DNA of 55,742 nucleotides, filler included, from Catajapyx aquilonaris (GCA_000934665.2; 3 parts of 3 records of this genome joined end to end with filler, not necessarily neighbours in it); one strand, 5' to 3'. Shown: positions 37,213-52,598, numbered from the whole stretch's first letter. Program-made: numbers and translations. Notes: a model not told the origin generated them from the sequence alone.

Positions 37213-38662
37213 GCCACGTACTTCATGATCGAAATGCACTACGACAATCCCACACTCAGTAAATGTAAGTAGCGCTTCTACATTATGGTCACACATGAAA
37301 GGTGCAGCTGTTGCTTTCAGTTTTTGACTCTTCGGGATTGAGAATATTTTACACAAGCAAGTTGCGACGATACGACGGATCGACTTTAGCCCTGGGCCAA
37401 AGACCAAATCCTTTCCAAATGATTCCTCCTCGACAGCACAAGTTCACATCATACACGTATTGTCCAGGAGAATGTACTTCTAAGGCAAGTAATTTCTCTA
37501 AAACTGTGTTCTTGTTGTCTTACGTTAGTTACGTGCAATATGTTTTACGATAGACGATTCCAACTGAAGGCATCAAGATGTACTCAGTACTTCTGCACGC
37601 TCACACAGCTGCTAAGAGAATCAGATTGCGTCACATTAGACGAGGAAAAGAATTGCCAGTTATTGAAAAGGTTAGGTATACATACACACAGAGGTGATAA
37701 GAAAAATTTATTTGTTTGATTCACATGCAATTAAATCGAGCTCTACTGGCTAAAAGCAGGATAATTACTACGACTTCAACTATCAAACATCACGAGTACT
37801 ACCACAGCAGCTGACTATTTTGCCAGGAGATGAATTCATAGTCGAGTGTGATTACGACACTACCCGGAGGGAACTTCCAACTTTTGTAAGTTCGTTTGTG
37901 GGGTAATAACAGCCCCCGAATAGTTATCCTCACAACCAACTATTCCTTTCTTTTACTGCTTCAGGGAGGGGCTACCAGCAGGGAAGAAATGTGCCAAGCG
38001 TTTGCGATTTATTACCCGAGAGCTGACTTGTCAAGGTGTTTCAGCTCGCCTGCTCTCGACACGTTTTTTCATGGTCTGGGCGTTCAAAAGTTGAATGGGT
38101 TTGATTTTGAACAAGGAACGGACAGACTGCTGGAATACAGGTACAAAAATGGTGCTGCATTGTGGTCAAAAAAAAACTGTGCATTGTTTTTATTTCAGCT
38201 ACAACGTAAGTGCGAAAAACACCAACCGAATCGCCAGGGCAACAATAGTCAACATCAACACTAATCAACTGTGGCAATCGCTCTCAATTAGAGAGCCAAA
38301 GTCCATAGCTAACATGTCTATGGAAAGATACTTTTCTGAGAAGAAATGGCACGAGAGAAAGGAAATGACCAAGTTGGAAGACTACTGGAAGAAAGGAAAG
38401 TACGAAGTTTGGTGCACCATTCATGGATTAACGCCGATTGATCCGAAGGTATATAATGAAGATTATACTTTACCATCCGTTTGGATGCGTTCATTCACGC
38501 TCCATAATCCATTCACAGGAAAACCTCCATGAATATCCAAAGTTCCTGCAATTACCACCGGAGACGTCCGATTGTCCTTCGGTTGAAAAGGCTTCAGCAT
38601 CTAGTTATAAACTTTCCTTCTATTGCCTAGTTGCATGGGTCGTCATGCTCTTTCGTATGTAG
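37213..38662 (+). CDS. DBH-like monooxygenase (MOXD1-like) paralog 1, 5'-truncated by the spacer
   Basis: Exons give YFMIEMHYDNP, DSSGLRIFYT, YCPGECT, LLHAHTAA, YDFNYQ, GGATSREEMC (copper type II monooxygenase C-domain) and a hydrophobic C-terminus. Confidence 0.92.
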
Positions 38663-40490
38663 TTGAAAATCATATTAAAGATTTTCCCAAATGCAACATT
38701 GTCATCAATCACTATTAACAATGCATGGTTGTCTCAAGGCCTGCAGTGGAAGGACCTTGTTAAAAGCCAGGTGCTTATGACATTGACTCTTTTTGGAGCC
38801 CAATTTTCGGCCACCTTCTCGCTCCATCGGTACTAAGAAGAAAAAAAAGAAGCAGTGGACCCATACAAAAAGCCTTTCAGACAGAGACGGTCTCGCATCG
38901 ATACCAGCACGTGCCCATTTTAGATCTTTAAAAAAAAAAAAGAAATGGGCTCAAATTTTCTTATTGTCTTTTATGATCGCGTGTTTGGAAGGAGAATGTT
39001 TCAGAGGGAGTAACAACCAAAAAAAAGGGAGTCCGGATTAGGAGTATGAAGGGGCGGTAATAAGAACGGGTTGTGTTCACTTCCTCTGGGATGGGAACAC
39101 CAGCTACTAATGGATCCCATCGTTGGGAGGTTCTTTCAGGCAAGGCCCAAAAACCGTAGGCCAGTCCAAGGGGGTCATCCGGTTCATTGTGGAGAGGTCC
39201 ACCAGACAAGCTAGACAAAAATTACTGTGAATAAAATAGGGAATAGATTATTATCTGACATGTTTTTGAACAAAAAGGGGGCTTACAATGTCTTTAAGAT
39301 AGAAATTAGCACTATATGACTGAAACAATTCCGGAAAAAAAAATTACCTTGATTCTCATTGCGGTGATGACATATTACAAACTTCTGAAGGTAAGGTCAT
39401 GATGTGTACATACTTTCGCCACTTCCGCTACCGGTAGTTCGACATCTATTTTAAAAAAATGTTCCGGTAATGATCGAGCTAATTGCTTATCAGCTTGTGT
39501 ACACGACTGGCGATGGGATCAAGGTCGACATGGTCCAATAACTCAACAATTGTAGTCCTATAAATAAAGGCAACAAATTTTTTTATTTTACAAATCAATC
39601 CAACCAAAATTCCATTGAATTAATTATGGAAATTTGGACAATAAACAGGTAAAATCCGACAAAATGTTCCGCCAATAAATCAGTCTAATTAAGCTCCTGC
39701 AATTTGTTCAGGCCCGTTATTGTATTACACTGTGGTATGTTTACAGTATTGCATAACTCAATTGAAGATGACCAGTATTGCTTTCCAATGCACGTTTCCG
39801 ATACATACTAGTAAAAGTGGAAAAAATAATTTTCTTGTACTCGCCGTACAAAAATTAACATCTTTGACACATACAATTTAATTGACAGAATTATTTTTAC
39901 TGCAATAGGTTATGAACACATTTCTGCTCATTTTCGACTCGACTACAGAGATTTCAATTAATGCATATTACCCGCACATATTTCCAATAAATTAATGACA
40001 CCTATTAATCTTCCCCGATACGAATGATATTTAGTCCTACGGGCATTATTTTCATACACATTTTTCGCTTTACGAATATAATATTTTGTGGGCCATTCTG
40101 TCCAATGTGTAAATACGTGTTTTCTTCCTCCAGTTGTTGGTCTAGTTTTCTTATCAGCTTCTGGTCACTTCCTAAGAATATTTACATCCATTTCCTGTCT
40201 TGGCAACATTGCACCATCTGCTTCTCCTCCCCTTTGGGCCAACCAGTTTTTTTCCCCCCCTCGTCCCCATCCTCAGCAGCTTAGGACCCCCAGGTACATA
40301 TACCCACCTGCCTTCTGTTCCCCCTACCTTCCAAGAAAGAACCAATGCCAGAGAAGCGGCAGGATATCACGTGGTGGTGACCTCCCCAACACAACCCCCT
40401 TCCAGAAAATAAAATCCAAACCGCTCTTTGGCTGTGCTGCCCTTGAACACAGGGCGTCCCCCACTTGTGCCGCTTCAGAGCCAAAAGAGC

Positions 40491-43400
40491 ATGTGGGCAG
40501 CAGCGATCCTACTGCTGACCTGTTGCTGGGGTCAGGAGGTCAGCTGGACCCACACTCTGAATTTGGGTCGTGATGGTGAAATACTGCTTCTGTGGGTACC
40601 GCAAGAGACGAGCATTGTCTTCGAAGTGCGGGCCAGGACTCATGGATACGTTGGTGTTGGGTTTTCAAGGCATGGTGGTATGGCCGGTGCTGACATTGCC
40701 CTCGGTTGGGTCACTCAGGATGGACAGGTCAATCTGCAGGTACGTATTCCCACGTTACACGCACTGGTGCTCCAGGAAACTTTTTTTTTGTGTAGGTGTT
40801 AAGCAGCTCTTGTTAGCACGAAACGAGATCGAAAAGAAGAGTGGAAATAATACAAAAGGCTTTAAGTATACCAAAGATCATGGAACGGAGATAATTGAGT
40901 TTATTTAAAATTAGCACTTATAGCCGGAGACATCTGTGAGATAGCGTACCTTCAGTGCCATAAAGGATTTTTTTGGGGGCACTTTGACCCTCTTGCATGG
41001 GGATTTTGCACGCAGAATCTTTTTGGCACTTACAACCTTTAGCATTTACACTCATATTCTCCTTGCAATTATACTTGTTGTAATGGAATCTGACCGTTCC
41101 TGACCTTATACTTTCTTTTTTTGGTATGGGTGACAAATTAATTCAAAGGCAGGATCCCCGCATTTGGGTCCGTTTTGTTACAAACCGGCAGGAAACCCCC
41201 CCCCTGTAGATTCTCTGGGAAAATGCGGTGGTCCATATCACACTTTTTGGGTAGCACCCTGTATATTATAATCTCGAGCGTGTGAATGTCACGGTGAGGT
41301 AAAAACGGGTGCATGCGACTCGCTCATCATAAGCAATTATATGTAGACAAGGTAGCGGGTGCTACTCGAATTATTGCGTTTTTTTTTAGGAAGGAAATTT
41401 TTTTGTGTTTGCTGAAAAATTGTGGTTCACATGCAATTATCTTGGAAGCATGAATAAAGAACAGGTACATCCGCTCTCACCTCGTGTTCACGTGAATTTA
41501 AGTACATATCCATGGAAAATATCATGCTCACGTGTGGTGTAATTATTTCCTTCACCTGCGCAGCTTTTTGAATTTTGCGTGTACTTTGCAGCTACTGTAC
41601 GTGAATTTTGATATGAATTGGTACGATTTAAAAATATATAAAAAAATGTGACCTCACTAGTTGGATCGGGTGATAATTTATGAATATGAAATTTGGGGGG
41701 TTGATTTCATTTCGTTAAATCAGGAGCTAATGTGCAGTTTACCACGGCAGTAATCACAAATAATTTCATTCGTTACAGTCGAACGCCACAAATTATGAAT
41801 AAATTATATTGATGGGCAGGGTGCACCAAAAGCAACTTTGTCTGAGCTGAACATGAATTTTGTTGGATAACATAACTCGAGCATTTTGGTATAAATTAAC
41901 ATATATCATAAAGTGATATACTGTATAAATAATTAATAAGATAATTTGGAAAGACACACACAAGGACTAGCCTTCCAATAAGATCAAAATGTTGTTACAC
42001 TTCATCGGAGGAATGTTCATAAGAAAGAAACCAGGCCATTGGCATAGCTTCATTTCCGTGCCAAATTTTACACTGACATATTTTTTTTTCATTCGCAGGA
42101 CTACTATGCAGTGACAAATTCTAGACCAAGTTTGGATCCATCTCAGGACTACAAACTGTTGGGAGGCTATGAAAATGATACTCACACAGTCATCCAGTTC
42201 AGAAGAAAGTGGGACACTTGCGATGAGGAACACGACATGAAACTTGGGGTGAGTACATCTCAAGTAGTGTTAATAAATAGTTATATTCCAAAAAGTGTAC
42301 TGAACAGATCCAGTTCAAACTAATCAATATGGCCTGTATATAGGAATCATATAACGTGTTAATACACTAAGGACGTTGAGGCATTTTAATCACATGTGAA
42401 AATATTATGGTATGTAGTACACATACTTCCACATACAATTGTTGGAAATATGACCCTTCTTTACAATGAGACTTTGGTGTTTACTTCTAGTACAGTACTA
42501 TATTAGTTGGTTAACTTTTCAGGTTGACACAGTCCGTGTCATTTGGGCCTACAGCGACCGAGACCCTGAAGACGACAACTTGGTTTGGCATGGGTTGGAA
42601 TACCGAGGGACCAGAAGTGTCCATCTGAACGCACCGGCTACTCCCAAACTTCCAACTAGTCCTGACATCAAGCACTGGGACATCACAATGGAAAACGTAA
42701 GTGGGATTTGGCAACAACCAGCCTTTCCGGCACTATACCTGTAATAAACATAACAAGCCATTATGCAAGTATTGACGTGAGTGTTAGTGATTCCACGAAT
42801 AATAAAATTAATAAAATTTGCATTGCATTTTGCAGAAAACAATTCCAGCCGAGTTGGACACACTCTACTGGTGCAAAATAGTGAAAGCGCCTCAGTTGGA
42901 CCGGAAGCATCATGTTGTAGGGGTAAAGTATTTAATTAAACTAGCCTATTATGATCACCTCACTGTGTAATACTGCATGCCTTCTAAAGGATCACACTGC
43001 ATAGCAAATTGCATTATTTATAATTATTTGCATATGAAAGCATAATGTGCAGCGGTATGTGATTATGATGTTCAAACTCATCCAATTACTTAAATTTTTT
43101 TAAATATCACAAATAATAAATTGACTCATTACATAATTTGCTTCATTTATCAAAATGAGAATATAATGGTGTAGCAAATAACTCACAGATGCCGCTGGTC
43201 ACTTTCAGTTTCTGCCGCTAATCCACAAGGGCAACGAGGCACATATCCATCACTTCATCCTGTACGAATGCATTGCACCCAGTTCCTCCCAGGTGTTTGA
43301 CAAGTACCTGCAGAAAGAAGGGGCTGAGTGCTACTCGCACAACATGCCCATCGACTGGAACCACTGCATCACCAGCATCTTCACATGGGCCGTTGGATCT

Positions 43401-45105
43401 GAAGGTTGGTGAGGAGGATGTGTATGCAGATGTGATTCGTGGCTCAAAACTGATGGGTGTTTATTTCCAGGTGAGATGTTTCCAGACCACTTTGGCCAGC
43501 CGTTGGGCGAGGAGCACTCTGGAGCGACATACTTCATGATGGAAATGCACTATGACAATCCCACATTCAGAAAGTGTAAGTGAAACTTGCTTCTTCGAGA
43601 CTGATTGGGCGACATGTTTCTGACAGTTCAATAACTTTACAGTCACGGACAATTCAGGAATTCGCATATTTTATACTGATCAGCTGAGGGAAAATGATGG
43701 GAGCGTCTTGTTTGTTGGGCACCGAGTGCTCCCCTTGCATTTCATACCTCCAGAGCAAGATAATTTTGTGACACATGCATACTGTCCAGGACAATGCACA
43801 AGCCGAGTAAGTGCTGAGTTGCTCAAATATTTTTCAACCTTTCTGTATGTGTACTGTCACCTTCAAACAATTTTACTTCAGGCACTTCCAGAAGAAGGAA
43901 TCAAGCTTTACTCTGTACTGTTACATGCACACACTGCAGGATCCAAGCTTCGTTTGAGGCACTTGCGTAATGGAAAAGAACTCGATGTGCTAGCAGCAGT
44001 GAGTGACATTGTTCGGTAATAATTACAGGAATATGTTCAGCGAAAATATCATTTTGAACCATTTTCAGGACGACCAATATGATTTTAATTACCAGCAAGG
44101 TTGGATTTTGCCCAAGGAGGTTACTTTTCTGCCTGGCGATGAATTACTAACCGAATGCAGTTACAACACTTCCGCAAGAGAAAATCCAACATTTGTGAGT
44201 ATGTAATTTTTGCACACCATTTGCTGACATAACTGAATGATTTTCTTTTACCAGGGTGGTGCATCAACACGTGATGAAATGTGCATGGCCTTCATAACTT
44301 ATTATCCGAGAGTATCGCTCTCGAGGTGCCAGAGCATAATGACGCTACAGAGTTTCTTCCACACACTGGGAATCAAGCAGCTGCAGAACATCAATCTGGA
44401 CCAAATGAATGTCTTCTCTCTCTTTGACGAGCTGTAAGTTTGTATATTAAGAATATTTAATGAAACAAAAATTCACTTGCTGATTATTAGTTCATTAACG
44501 CAACTCGCACGAAAAGCTGTCCTTAATGAACCTCGAGATGAAATTTAGCAGAATCATGAGAGAGTCAATCACTAATCACTCAACTTTCAGGCACACGGCA
44601 GACACATTTGATATCGAATACAAGACTGAAGATGACATGCGCACTAAACGAAGCACACCAATATCGTTTGATTCAAATGCATTCTGGGAGTACCTGCAGG
44701 TTAAGGAGCCACCGCAGCTCAGTAACCTCACCATGAACCAGATCTTCAAGAAACAGCCTTGGCATGACAAGCAGTACGTAAAGTATGTAGAGGATGAGTG
44801 GAGGAGAGGGAAGTACAATGTATGGTGCAGTGTACACGGAAGGAAAGACATTGTTCTTGAGGTAAGCTGGAATATTACCAAACGAAAACAATCTTCTCTT
44901 ATCATACAATCCTATTGGTTCAAATGATAATAACACTTACTTTCCGCAGCCTCAAGATCAGGACTATCCGATGTTTGAGGAGTTGCCGCAACCAGAATCA
45001 ATCTCGTGTGACATTGAAACCGAGTCGGACTTGAGCCAAGGTGTCAAGTGTCACTGGACTTCCTGGCTAATAGTGACCTCTATTAGTGTGATCATAATGC
45101 TGTGA
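40491..45105 (+). CDS. DBH-like monooxygenase (MOXD1-like) paralog 2, complete
   Basis: Signal peptide MWAAAILLLTCCWG; DOMON domain (GYVGVGFSRHGGMAGADIALGW, RKWDTCD); copper ligands HIHHFILYEC, LLHAHTAG, DEMC; hydrophobic GPI/TM-like tail; AATAAA near 45120. Confidence 0.93.
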
Positions 45106-45330
45106 TAAGTGCATCCTAAAATAAAGTATTTTAAAACAGTCCTGCGTATGATGGACGATGATCTTGTTAAGGTTACAGCTTCACAATGATTTTAAAAATA
45201 ACACTTACAACTGTCACCTGTATTTGCTGCTTTATTTTAATTTGTCACTGTCTCTTTTAATAATTAGCAATGGCCTCCATTACTGTAGTCCTCTTGTAAT
45301 TAAATGATGCAGCTGACAAATGGTAAGCCA

Positions 45331-48146
45331 CTACCTTTTTTTCTTGCTCTTCTTCTTTTTCGACTTCTTGTGTTTGTGTGAAGATGAGTCACTGTCAGAT
45401 TCACTTTGCTTTTTTCCTTTGCGCTTCTTGATCATGTCATCTGAATCATCACTCTCCGATTCACTTTCCTTCTTCTTCTTCTTGTGCTTCTTCTTACGTC
45501 TCGAGTCATCGGAATCGCTATCAGCTTCTTTCCTTTTCTTCTTTTTCTTTGCCTTTTTCTCAGGTTCCGACTCGGAATCACTCACGTGCCTCTTTCTAGA
45601 CTCCTTCCTCTTGCCAGTGTCGGAATCACTGCCACTGTCTTCATGCTTCTTGCTCTTTCTCTTAGTAGAACTGTCGAACTTGTTTCCATTTCCGTGCCTC
45701 CCATTTGACCTGGACATTGATGGACTGTCGTGTCTCCTGGTGGGACTGTGTCTCCTGGCCCGATGTCTGTCCTCAAAGGAACTTGACCTCCTGGCTGGAG
45801 GCCTCTGGTACCGGTCCTGCCTCTCTGGCTCTGGATTATTGAAAAAGGCAAAATCATATGAGTGAATGCCTTGTGCATGGTCAAAAAATTTTTGTCTTTT
45901 ACAAACCCATAAATGGTATGATAAAATGCATATTTTTCTGCATCCCAGTTTTGTGCTCCTAATTTGACTGCTACTGTTGCAGACGCAAACTTTTTGGTTT
46001 TCACCTTTAAAATACCTTGTTCTCACAAAGGAAAGAATAAATATCCCCTTTTCAGAAAAACATGAACTTCTAAGATGATTACGAAGGACATACAATAACA
46101 ACTTTATCACACATCATTGAAGCTCCTTTCAGAAAATATGTTGAAGTCACCAGGACAATCAATACAAATCATGCCATGCTGTCAAAGGTAACAGATCTCT
46201 GACCTCTACCTCTCCTATGGTCTGGCTGCCTATTCCTTGACCCCCAGCTCCTTGACCTTGACCTTCTCCTGTCTGCTCCAAAATCATCTCTTCTCCCTCT
46301 TGGCCTCCTCTCCTCTTCTCTCGGGTATGGTCGCCCCCTTCCTGACACTCCGCCCCTCCCCCGATTACGTGGTGGTGACCATTGCCTCTCCCTGTGGGCA
46401 TCGTCACCTCTGCCTGGCCTGGATTCTGGTGGCCTCCGCCATGGAGGTGACCCACGCCTCCCACCTCGCTGTCCCCAAGAGTTTCTTCCCTGCTGGTGCT
46501 GTGGACGCTGACCCTGAAAACCAGAGAATGCAGTCACAATAGGCCTGAGCTTACATTACAACACATTATCGCAAATAACCAGAGGCCAACTGTATTCTGC
46601 AACAATTTGGAAGAATTTTTTGGGACATACCGGTATACAACTAGTGAAAGTGGGTGGAATGGCAGCATATTTCCTACCTGTGAAGTAAAATACGCATCCA
46701 CTATTCCTACTGACCTGTTTCCCGGTGGCAGGATCCTTCTGCGAATTGTCCACCTCCACTCCCCTTCCCTTCCCTTTCCACCTGTACTTGGCCACACTCT
46801 GGCTGAAGTCAACGTGTATCCTCCTGTCGTCAATGAGCACGTTGTCCATCTTAAAATAGGCATCTTCACAGGCCTTCCTTTCCTCAAACTCAATGAATGC
46901 GTATTGCAAGCTGTCCCCTGTCTTCTTATCCCGAATGATCTCGCAGCTTTTAATGGTGCCAAAGCGATTGAATATGATTTCCAACTCATCATCATTGGTA
47001 ACTGGATTGAGCTTGCAAACAAACAGGACATTCTCAGGAGGAGCCACTTCAGCATCGGGGATATCTCCAACCATTTCCAAAATGGTTGCGCGAGCTTTCG
47101 CTTCCTTGTCTTGTATGATTTCTTCGATTTCCTCGATGCTCTTGCCCTTGTAGTCATCGATCTCTTCATCAGGAGCGATTCGACCACCAGTGAGATGCTC
47201 CTCAGTAGGCTCTGGAGAGCTAGGTGGGATGTCAAGGGTTTCAGGATCATCAAACGGGTCGTCCAGCACCACAGTATGGGTAATCCTTTAATAAAAATAT
47301 AATAACGACAGAAATATTAGTTCACGTCACAGTTTGACTTAGATCCAATGTTACACATCTTAACGTAATGGGTTCAGACGGCCCAAGCATCTTCATGTAA
47401 ATGGTGATCAATGCACTCTTCTTTGCAACAAAGCTCGTAACTGTAGGAGGAACCCTTGAAATGTTTTGGCCACATTGAAACTGTTGCGGAAACATACAAC
47501 TTCAAGCGCGAATATCTCGAAATGACAAAAATGCGACGTTGACTTGGGCAGCCGCCTTTCCTTACCTGATGTCTTGATAAGGCTTGTGCTCGGCATCGCA
47601 AATAGTGTCGTTGAACTTGGCCAGCACCTCGTCCCCTCCTTCCACCACCTCTCCAAACACGCAGTGCTCGTCCAGATAGTCCAGCTCTTGTCCCAAGGTC
47701 ACGAAGAACTGCGAACCCAGCATGTTGTCCCCGCAGTTGACCATGGAGACAGTCCCCATCTTCAGGTGACGCAGCTTCGGAACCTTCTCTCCCTCGTAGT
47801 ACCTCGCTTGCTCTCCATACAGACGGCTGGGAACGACCCAATGCGATCAGTACGTACCCTTCTCGCTCCATGCGGACTTACCCGTGGATGGACTCCCCGC
47901 CTCTCCCTGTCCCCGTTGGATCTCCAGTCTGCGCCAGGAAGTCCCTCTGGACCGAGTGGAACAGGCAGAGGTTGTAGTACTTGACCTTGCACAGCTTCAG
48001 GAAGTTCTTGCATGCTGCGTGGGGGGTACGCTGCGGTTAGAGGAGAGAAACAGATACTACCTAGAGGCCTACTGACTGTTCGGCCTGGCCTTGGTGTAGA
48101 GGTCGATGGTCAGGTCCCCCACCGTCGTCTCCAGCACCACGGACAT
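45331..48146 (-). CDS. PPIL4: Peptidyl-prolyl cis-trans isomerase-like 4 (cyclophilin + RRM + RS/Lys-rich tail)
   Basis: [17 protein letters not shown] start, [59 protein letters not shown]; multi-exon. Confidence 0.96.
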
Positions 48147-49014
48147 CGCTGGACACCCTCCAAAGAAGGCAAAATGTTTCTTCTCAAAAATGAAGACGTT
48201 TCTAAAGACCAAAGAGGGACAATCACAAGAAGGCGTCTTGTCTCGCCAGTGCTGCCATCTGGCGGAGGGAGGCTTCACTCTAGCGGGAAGGGGCTCAACT
48301 AAAATAGCATCTTCTGAGCAAATATTTATTTTCAGGGACATGCGAATTTGTAGAAACAATTTCGTTGCATAATGTTAAGAAGAAAACATGATATCAAATA
48401 AAAAAGGGGGGCGTGAAATACGAGCCCCACCCAACAATGTGAAGATAGAAAAGTTCCCCCGTAATAGCGAAAAACTAGCATTTTTAACTCTACAGTTGCG
48501 TCCGGTTGCGGCATATGCTGAATGACGTCAATTACAAACTTGATAGAAATTTCAATGCGGGGAAAATGCTTTACACAGCAAGGGGAAGAACATGTTATAA
48601 AAACAAATATTTGCTTTGTCTGCAGTTAATACATTTTTATACACTTTCTGACTGATGAAATACTCACTCTGTATATAGTTAGGCTACTATACAGAGTGAG
48701 ATTTTCTTTGATAAAAATATCCACCCATATGAAAAGCCAATGATTGTGATAGCTGATAGGCCTACACTTTCTGTGCAGCCTCAGTGTCAGTTAAGTCTCT
48801 TCTATTGACACACATAATAGGTATACAAGCAGACTGCATAAGAGACCATAATTCAGAAGAAAGCAGTAAGTATATGCATTTTTTTGAATATACAAGTATA
48901 TAACATGTAAATTTTACCATGTATCAATTTTTGTTGTTCTTCACTTTGCTATTAGCTTGCTCTGTAATCTGTAGAGACTACACCATCTGGACATCAGCAC
49001 AAGGTGCAAACATC

Positions 49015-50678
49015 ATGGAGCATCCAGAAATATTAAGAAATCGAACTCATTTGAACGCTTATGTTGCTCAACAATACCACTACGCATTCTACGAAGATGA
49101 AGGTATAGAAAAGTGCATGGATTAATGCAGTACTGGCTATGACCTATAGCAGTTGATTTAATTGGTGCCCACTTTATTCCATTACAGACCTACGTTTCAC
49201 GTCATTTCCTATGATGGGAAGTGGCATTGCTGTTATTGGAACCATAATGGCTTACTTTTATTTGGTGTGTTACCTCCTTCCGAGGTTCATGACTGGCAGG
49301 AAACCTTTTCAGCTCAGATACGTCCTAATGGTGTATAACCTGTGTCAAGTGATTCTGAACGTCTGGATTCTCTATTTGGTTAGTGTCCGTTTGAAGAGAT
49401 GCAAATTAATGTTGGTGGTATGACCACGATTTTAGCTTTTCTGCCTCTTCTTCTATAGTGTGTTCAAGGAGGTTGGTTCAACGGATACAGCTTCACTTGC
49501 CAGCCTGCAGATTACTCAAGAAGCCCTCAGGCAATGAAGGTAACGGACACATTTTTTTGTGTTTTTACTTTTTACCGATATAAAATGAAGGCTACCGAGC
49601 AATGTATTTTTTTTTACATTACAGTTGAGCCACTTGACAATAATATTAATATTTATAAAGCTTCCGTTTCACTTCAGATGGTGGACGCAGTTGGGTGGTA
49701 TTATATCGCCAAATATTCGGATTTACTTGATACGGTATAGGTCTACATGCATTAATTTCCTAATGTTGAATTTTTGTTCACAAGTCTTTAATAACCATTC
49801 AGGTGTTCTTCAATTTGCGCAAAAACTTTGGACAAGTCACGTTTCTTCACATTACACATCATTCAATAATGCCATTTTTGATTTGGTATCTCGCGAGATT
49901 TGCTGGAGGTAAGTATGTTCAGAGCATATAATTATAATTAGGCCCCACACTGTAACATTGTTGTTGTTTCTAAACATTCCCACTATTGCTTCTATATGCA
50001 AGATGTGTTTGGATGTTTATTGTCACTACACGATTGCAAAATGTCGTCAAACAGCCCATTATAATATTTATTAGTGTTATGTGTACTCTGGCTACTTTTT
50101 GACGGCAGCCTTTCATAAAGTTCAAAGTTCCGTCAAAGGGATGGACCAATATGTTATGTTTAACATCTTGTATTTTTTCAGTGGGGCACTGGACATTTCT
50201 TGTGTTAGTCAACTCGTTCATTCATGTCGTGATGTACAGCTACTACTTAATAGCTGCTATGGGATACAAGAAATTCTTGTGGTGGAAGCGGTACTTAACT
50301 GTCTTGCAGATGGTAATGTAAACATAATATAATTATTGTGGAGACTACTTGTTCTGTTATCAAATGGCTTAATTTTCTTATTTGAGCAGGTTCAATTTAT
50401 ATTGGGAATATTGCATCAGGCGCAAACATTCTTCAATGGCTGTCCCAGTTCGATAATAGCAAAATACATTGTGATTTCAATGGGGCCAGGCATACTTCTT
50501 CTTTTCCTCAATTTTTACATGCAATCTTACGTGGAAAAGGAACCTAAGGTATATTGCAAATATTGCGTTTAATTGAAAAATGTTGTGCACTTGTACTGTC
50601 ACGAACTATTTTCAGAAGAGATCGACAATGAAAGTGGCTTTTGAGCAAGGAAAAAACCTCGATTGCTTGCAGACATAA
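49015..50678 (+). CDS. Very-long-chain fatty acid elongase (ELO/GNS1/SUR4 family), paralog 1
   Basis: [76 protein letters not shown] introns. Confidence 0.94.
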
Positions 50679-52598
50679 TCGACATTTTTCACGGAATACA
50701 ACACTTCCTGCTGCAAATGGAGGTCGCAAAAAGCATAAATATGTTGTCCAATTATGTAATGAATCTTTCAAAATTTTCTACCAGTGAGTATATTGAGGAA
50801 AAATAAACATTTTTCCATGGAACACTAGTTGTTTTTCATAGCTTCTTCTCTATGCAAACAATTATTACTTTCAGCAACAATGATGATGCAGAATGGTGAC
50901 GATATTCCTCAGATTTTGTTTCCTCTTGTATAATATTATAATGATAATTCAAGGTCACCCATACTTTTCCTATACATTTTATTTGTTCTTTATATTACAG
51001 TACATGCTAAATAAAACTATGTTGTTAGGTAATGTCCGATGATTTGTTAATTTATTAAATACCCTCTCAATTATTCAATATTACATGGCAGGGGCCAAAA
51101 TTATGTGAATGTGTGTGATAACATGGAGTGAGTTAGATGATCTCAAAATTACCCACAATCAAGGTGACACATCATAATTACTCGTATTACACATACATCA
51201 CATAGCTCCTCTTTCCTTATTGGACCTTGTTCTGATCTATGGAGATAATAATAATCTAATGGGATCTTTATTGTTGGTTGATATGTTACTGATCAGGCTT
51301 TACATTTTTTTTGTTCACGCTATAGATTCGTACAGTAAATTTCAGAATATTTTATGAAATATCTGCCAAGGTAGAGGATATGGTCCAATTAGTCGATAAG
51401 ACAAATTGAAAATTCGTTACTTCCAAATTGCAAGTGGCGAGTCTAATCTGAAAATGTAGCCTATAGTATTAAGGCCAAAATTCAAGCCAAAAGTGCAACG
51501 AGAGAGAAATAGACAATTTGTAATCAGATGTGAAGACCTGAAGAGTGGAGAAGGCCCATAGAGAGATTTTTGGGAAAATTCGCATGAAGTGGATAATGAG
51601 GTAATCTTAAAACAATCAGCTCAAACAATCGTTCCTTTATTACGTGTCGTAGAGTCGACTTTAAGGCCGATGGCATGCAAACGTCAACACGCTTATTGGG
51701 CCTGATATATCCTAAACATTAAATTAGGATTTAAAAAATACATTTTCCACACTCTTGAAGGATTTCCCTTGCACAGAGTCTAACGATGGGTCATAATGTA
51801 TAGGGTTGGTCATAGCGAGATTTAATGTAAGTTACAACTTTTCTGGAGTTAAAAAGCTGCTGATTCACTGCATTTTCCTGCAGAAAAAAGGGTATTATTC
51901 ACTGCATCGTACAGTACCAGCGTAAATAATTTTCCGAAATAATAATTTACGAACTTATGACTTTTTATTGACAATGTACCAACACTCCTCTAGTTGCGCA
52001 TATACTGAATGACGTGAAACACTTCAATTAGGCTCGATACAAATTCAATACGCGAGAATATACCTTCCACAGGGGAAGAACATAACAGTCAAAGAAAAAC
52101 AGTCTTTGTTTGATGGCAGATAATATATTTTTTTTACTTCCGGACTGATGAAATACAACAGGATGTGTGGCTACCTCCACTACACAGAGTGGGTTTTTTT
52201 TGCATGAGAAGATAAGCCAATGTTACACACTTGCATCTTTGCAGCATCAGTGCCAGTTACAAATCTTATATTGGCACACATAACCTAATCTAATTATCAT
52301 CTGCAATTATTGTGCAAATATAGTTCACTGAAGTTGATATCATTGCTTCAAAAGGCTGTCAGCTGAGAGCAGTAAGTATTTTGATTATTTTAAACATGCA
52401 GTACCTGCAGTTGAGCAGTTCATTGATTCAATTTCGTATTATCGGAATTGTTCACATTGTCATTAGTGTACATTTTGTAATCTGTATATTATCATTATTA
52501 ACTCATTTTTTAAAGCAGGTAGGTTCTTTCTGAATATCACCGAGTAAGTACTGTGCATTTTCCTGTGTATATCATTGTAAGCTGCACACTTCAACGTA

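Noticed and set aside
45320..47302. Long + strand ORFs 45320-45865 and 46496-47302
   Set aside because: Antisense shadows of PPIL4 exons (low-complexity tail and conserved RRM region).
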